From NCBI GenBank assembly GCA_963813155.1, contig CAWEYG010000001.1, positions 256,001 through 320,000 on the forward strand: DNA of 64,000 nucleotides, in the 5' to 3' direction. The stretch comes from an uncultured Acidobacteriota bacterium (lineage in GTDB: Bacteria; Acidobacteriota; Thermoanaerobaculia; UBA5066; DATFVB01). Each line of letters starts with the position of its first letter. Within the stretch, counting starts at the first letter, position 1. The notes under the pieces were generated by a model that saw only the letters and a list, made by a program, of their open reading frames with translations, was not told where the DNA came from and ran no database searches. Shown in pieces: positions 59,962 through 64,000 of this stretch. Made by a program: the position numbers and the translations under genes.

Positions 59962-61032
59962 CTATCCGCCGAGCGTTTTCGCGACGGCGTCGGCGAGCGT
60001 CATGTAGGCGGCCGTCGCCTGAGAGCGGGGCTCCGCCGCCACGATCGGCGTCCCGGCGTCTCCGCCCGCGACGATCGCGGGGTCGATCGGGATCTCGCCG
60101 AGGAACGGCACGCCGAGCGCCTCGGCCGTGCGCCTGCCGCCCCCGTGCTTGAAGATCTCGTCGCGGTGGTGGCACGAGGGACACTCGTAGTAGCTCATGT
60201 TTTCGATGATGCCGAGCAGCGGGACGTTCACTTTCTGGAACATCGCAAGCCCCTTGCGGGCGTCGATGAGCGACACCTCCTGCGGCGTCGTCACGATGAT
60301 GGCGCCCGAGAGCTGAATTTTCTGCGTGAGGGTGAGCTGGGCGTCGCCGGTCCCCGGAGGCAGGTCGATCAGGAGGTAGTCCAGCTTTCCCCAGGCGACG
60401 TCCTGAAGAAACTGCTCGACGGCCTTCATGACCATCGGCCCGCGCCAGATCACCGGCTGGTCGACGTCCATCAGAAACCCCAGCGAGATGACCTTCACGC
60501 CGTGGCGTTCGATCGGAACGATCTTGTCCTCTTCGTTCACGTACGGCTTGCCGGTCGCGCCCATCATCATCTGCTGCGACGGACCGTAGATGTCCGAATC
60601 CATGAGACCGACGGTGTAGCCGAGGCGCGTGAGCGCGAGCGCGAGGTTCGCCGTCACGGTCGATTTCCCGACCCCCCCCTTGCCGGACGCGACCGCGACC
60701 TTGTACTTGACGTCCTTGAGGATTTCGCCCGTCGGCACGGGAGCCGGCCTCGAGCCGGGCGGTCCCGACATCCCGGGATGGCGGACGTCGAGCGAAATCG
60801 TGACCGCCTGGACCCCCGGGAGTGCGCGAAGCCGCTCGGTCGCGTCGCGCTGAATCTCTTCGGCGACGCGGGGGGACTCGGTCTGGATCTCGAGGCGAAA
60901 CGAAACGTTCCCGCCGCCGACGTTCAGGTCCTTCACGAAGCCGAACGACACGATGTCGCGCGAGAGCCCCGGAAATTTCACCGTCTTCAGGACATCGAGC
61001 ACCTGTTTTTCATCGAGAGCCGTCGCCGCCAC
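59962..61032 (-). CDS. mrp: Mrp/ApbC/NBP35 Fe-S cluster carrier ATPase with N-terminal DUF59
   Basis: SGKGGVGKST, DSDIYGPS, IWRGPM, DLPPGTGD, TTPQ, ENMS..CPSC. GAAGGAGG RBS before GTG. Confidence 0.94.
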   Translation of the reverse strand: MAATALDEKQVLDVLKTVKFPGLSRDIVSFGFVKDLNVGGGNVSFRLEIQTESPRVAEEIQRDATERLRALPGVQAVTISLDVRHPGMSGPPGSRPAPVPTGEILKDVKYKVAVASGKGGVGKSTVTANLALALTRLGYTVGLMDSDIYGPSQQMMMGATGKPYVNEEDKIVPIERHGVKVISLGFLMDVDQPVIWRGPMVMKAVEQFLQDVAWGKLDYLLIDLPPGTGDAQLTLTQKIQLSGAIIVTTPQEVSLIDARKGLAMFQKVNVPLLGIIENMSYYECPSCHHRDEIFKHGGGRRTAEALGVPFLGEIPIDPAIVAGGDAGTPIVAAEPRSQATAAYMTLADAVAKTLGG

Positions 61033-61076
61033 GAGACCTCCTTCGAAGTGGGCATCATAGTATCCTCTCCGCAAAA

Positions 61077-61817
61077 ATGGCCAAGCCCTCCGCGCTCGTC
61101 GTCTATTCGGGAGGCACGTCGCCCGGCTTCGAGGAATCGTTCGCCGCGAGCGGCTTCGCGGCGAGATGCGTCCCGAGCCATCGAATCGAAGCGACGCCGT
61201 CGGAGCTTCCGGCCGAAGCCCGGGTCGATCGGCTGATTTTCACGAGCCGCAACGCCGTGGAGGCGTTCGGTCTCGCCGGCCTCGCCCGATACCCGAACGC
61301 CCGGGTAGTCGCCATCGGAGAATCCACGCGCGAAACGCTGAGGAGATTCGACCGGCGCGGCGAGGTGCCCGGGATCGCTTCGGCCGAAGGGCTGCTCGAG
61401 AGTGTGCCCGCCCGCCTGGAGGGCGAGTTCGTGCTCTGGCCGCGCGGGGAAGACGCGGACCTCGCGCTCGCCGGCGAGCTTCGGACGCGAGGAGCGGAAG
61501 TCGACGCGCCATCGGTCTATCGGAAAGTTCCGCTGCCGTTCCCCGGAGACCTCGAGCCGGAGATTCGAGAGCGGAAGTACGCCGCCTACTCCTGCACATC
61601 GGGCGCCGCGGCCCGCTGGCTCTACGGGAACCTCGCCCCCGAGCCGGCCGCGATCCTCCGGTCGATCCCCGCCGCCGTCCTCGGCGAAAAGACCGCGGCC
61701 GTCCTACGGGGCCTCGGCGCCGAGAATACCGTCCGCGCCGACGGGGCCTCGTTCGAAAGCCTGGCGACGGGTCTCCTTGCGCTGCTCGAGAGCGCGGCTC
61801 ACCGCTCGAAGACGTAG
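61077..61817 (+). CDS. hemD: Uroporphyrinogen-III synthase-like protein
   Basis: LIFTSRNAVE, VAIGEST, AEGLL, VYR, TSGAA, GEKTA. Confidence 0.75.
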   Translation: MAKPSALVVYSGGTSPGFEESFAASGFAARCVPSHRIEATPSELPAEARVDRLIFTSRNAVEAFGLAGLARYPNARVVAIGESTRETLRRFDRRGEVPGIASAEGLLESVPARLEGEFVLWPRGEDADLALAGELRTRGAEVDAPSVYRKVPLPFPGDLEPEIRERKYAAYSCTSGAAARWLYGNLAPEPAAILRSIPAAVLGEKTAAVLRGLGAENTVRADGASFESLATGLLALLESAAHRSKT

Positions 61818-62566
61818 AGCGCGCGCTCGCCGACGATCGACAGCCCGGTCGCCACGTAGCCGCGCCGCATCAGGCTCTCCGACTGTCGCCTCAGGTGAAG
61901 GCGGGCGCGGAGGGCGAGCCGGGGGTCGGAAAAATAGAGGCGAGGGGCTCCGAGAGGGATCTCGACTCCGACCCGGCGTGCGCGGGGCGGCGAGCCGGTC
62001 TTCCAGATGCGAACCCCCTCCGGATCCGGCTCCGGGAAGATTCGGCCCTCCGCGGCCAGCCTCACTTCCCGTCTCTCGAGCTCCCAGTGGACCTCGAACC
62101 GGTCGGTCGGGAGCTTTCCGTACATTCCGCCGATGTGCCCGTAAAAATCCCGGAAATAATCTTTCGCGCGCGCCCGAAGCCGGACGAGATTCAACCGTGC
62201 GTTCTTGACGAGCAGCGGGTCGTAGGTCCACGTCACGAGATCGATTCCGCGGGCGAGACACCAGCGGCGTTGAAAGAACTTCAGGCGAACCGACAGGCCG
62301 CGGCCCTGCGCCTGCGGATGGACGGCCAGGAGGTGCGAGTGCTGGCAGATCCTGCCGTCGAGAATGCGCGGAAACCCGTGAACGAACCCGAGCATTCGCC
62401 GCCCCTCGAACGCGCCGGCGGTCAGCCCCCCGGCATGGGTGATCGCGATCAGGTCCGCCGCGGCCGGCGTCGCGAGGCTCGACATCCGCCAGGCGGCCCG
62501 GGCGATCGCCTGGGCGGCCGCAAATTCCGAGGGCTCCCGCAACTCGCGAAGGAGGACCCGCGTCAC
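61799..62566 (-). CDS. GNAT-family acyltransferase (putative D-amino acid N-succinyltransferase)
   Basis: HSHLLAVHPQAQGRGLSVRLK, WTYDPL...NARLN, PTDRFEVHW; in operon with menC/NSAR. Confidence 0.8.
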   Translation of the reverse strand: MTRVLLRELREPSEFAAAQAIARAAWRMSSLATPAAADLIAITHAGGLTAGAFEGRRMLGFVHGFPRILDGRICQHSHLLAVHPQAQGRGLSVRLKFFQRRWCLARGIDLVTWTYDPLLVKNARLNLVRLRARAKDYFRDFYGHIGGMYGKLPTDRFEVHWELERREVRLAAEGRIFPEPDPEGVRIWKTGSPPRARRVGVEIPLGAPRLYFSDPRLALRARLHLRRQSESLMRRGYVATGLSIVGERALYVFER

Positions 62567-63651
62567 GCGAGATCCCGGAGGAGACGCTCGAGAAAATCCA
62601 CGCGCCGCGGAAGATCTTCCACGAGCGCGAACTCGTGAACCGCGTGGGCTCCGTCGCCTCCCGGGCCGAGGCCGTCCAGCGTGGGGACGCCGGCCGCCGC
62701 GGTCAGGTTTCCGTCGGACGCTCCCCCGACCCGTTCGGCGCCGAGCTCCCAGCCCGATCCGGCGGCGATCGCCTTCGCCCTCTCGTAGAGCGCCGTGGAT
62801 TCCGCGTTCGGCTCCATCGGGGGCCGGTCGAAACCCCCGGCCACCGTGATCGCGACGCGCGGATCGATCGGGTCGCGTCCCGCGATCGCCGCCGCGACGC
62901 GAGCCTGCTCGGCGGCCGTCCAGACGCGGACGTCGACGGAGAGCCGGGCACTCTCCGGGACGACGTTGGTCTTCGTACCCGAAGCCGCGATTGTCGGAGT
63001 GACGCTCGTGCCGGCCGCCGCGTCGCCGAGCGTCTCGAGAAACAGGACGAAGCGCGAGAGCTCGGCAAGGGCCGACGCGCCCTTTTCGGGTTCCAGTCCC
63101 GCGTGCGCGGCGCGGCCCGCAAACGAAATCTCGAACAATCCCGTTCCCTTGCGGGCGACCTTCGCGGCCCCGCCCCGCGACGGCTCGAGCACGAGAACGC
63201 GGTCGTGCCGCTTTGCTTCCTCCAGGAGGAGGTGGCGGGAAGCGCGCGTACCGATCTCTTCGTCGGGAGTGAGGAACAGGGAGGCACCGACGGCCGCGCC
63301 CTCGCGGCGGAGCCTTTCGAGGGCGTGGATCGCGACCGCGATGCCCGCCTTCATGTCGAAGACGCCCGGGCCCGTCGCGGCCCCGTTTTCGATCCGGAAC
63401 GGGCGCTCCCGAAGCGTCCCCGCCGGCCACACGGTGTCGAGATGCCCGACGAGGAGCGTCCCGCCGGTTCCGCCTCCGAGACGGGCCCGGATCGCGTCGC
63501 CGGCCGGGGGCGACGGCAAGCGTTCCGCGCGAAGGCCAGCAAGCTCCAGTCGGCGCACGATCCACTCCCCGAGGGACGAGACGAGCCCCGGGTCGTCCGA
63601 CGGCGACTCGTGCTCGACGAGGGCCCGAAGGTCGTCGAGGATTTCCGTCAC
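62563..63651 (-). CDS. M20 metallopeptidase (carboxypeptidase G2-like)
   Basis: GHLDTV, GPGVFDMKAG, DEEIG, LEP, AHAG, GGASDGN, GAHAVHE. Confidence 0.9.
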   Translation of the reverse strand: MTEILDDLRALVEHESPSDDPGLVSSLGEWIVRRLELAGLRAERLPSPPAGDAIRARLGGGTGGTLLVGHLDTVWPAGTLRERPFRIENGAATGPGVFDMKAGIAVAIHALERLRREGAAVGASLFLTPDEEIGTRASRHLLLEEAKRHDRVLVLEPSRGGAAKVARKGTGLFEISFAGRAAHAGLEPEKGASALAELSRFVLFLETLGDAAAGTSVTPTIAASGTKTNVVPESARLSVDVRVWTAAEQARVAAAIAGRDPIDPRVAITVAGGFDRPPMEPNAESTALYERAKAIAAGSGWELGAERVGGASDGNLTAAAGVPTLDGLGPGGDGAHAVHEFALVEDLPRRVDFLERLLRDLA

Positions 63652-64000
63652 GGGACGAACTCCTCGCGAGCCGTCGTGTATCGATCCAGCACGTCGGCGC
63701 GCACGTCCACGCCGATCCCGGGACCTTCCGGAACCGGCATCTCGCCCGCTGAGGCCTCGAGGGAGGGCTCCACGATGTCCTCTTCGAAGTAGCGGGACGC
63801 GGACGACGTGTCGCCCGGCTTTCGAAAGTTCGGAAGCGCGGCGAGATGAATGTTCGTGGCGCGACCGACCCCGGCTTCCAGCATCCCCCCGCACCAGACG
63901 GGAATTTCTGTTTCAGCGCAGGCGTCGTGGATGGCCTTCGCCTCCCCCAGGCCTCCGACCCGTCCGATCTTGACGTTGATCACTTTCGCGGCTCCGAGCG
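63648..64000 (-). CDS. menC: o-succinylbenzoate synthase / N-succinylamino acid racemase (5' truncated by window edge)
   Basis: INVKIGRVGG, VWCGGMLEAGVGRA, PGDTSSASRYF, typical of the NSAR/OSBS enolase-superfamily subgroup. Confidence 0.88.
   Translation of the reverse strand, partial: LGAAKVINVKIGRVGGLGEAKAIHDACAETEIPVWCGGMLEAGVGRATNIHLAALPNFRKPGDTSSASRYFEEDIVEPSLEASAGEMPVPEGPGIGVDVRADVLDRYTTAREEFVP

Noticed and set aside
1-64000. CRISPR array, tRNA/rRNA, prophage, IS element or defence island
   Set aside because: No regularly spaced direct repeats, RNA-gene signatures, integrase, transposase or phage genes were seen; intergenic spaces are short.

Overview
High-GC, gene-dense bacterial chromosome segment with about 60 CDS. 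An Acidobacterial-type VWA protein, three DUF4388 proteins and a myxobacterial-style Ser/Thr kinase suggest Acidobacteriota (inference only). Most of it is housekeeping: murA, rsmI, nth, mcm, dnaK-hsp20-hspR, mazG, murB, recA, ftcD, glyA, dgt, folC, accD, yebC-ruvC, ftsEX, gatB, pgeF, mrp, hemD and a menC/NSAR cluster. I found no rRNA, tRNA, CRISPR array, integrase or transposase. Most notable: (1) an envelope cluster where a MoxR-DUF58-transglutaminase module is fused in frame to an EnvC-like LytM protein, followed by a CtpA/S41 homolog lacking both catalytic residues; (2) a pseudo-receiver/Ser-Thr kinase/TonB-C fusion and a TonB-C anti-sigma factor; (3) several genes whose N-termini seem to need non-canonical starts (CTG, CTT, ATT) and many apparently leaderless genes; (4) a ~130-nt rod-like hairpin upstream of a RelE-type toxin-antitoxin pair. 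Nine single-base insertions break murA, manC, pgpA, a large exported protein and gatB; they are most likely sequencing errors. All calls come from reading motifs by eye, with no database search.
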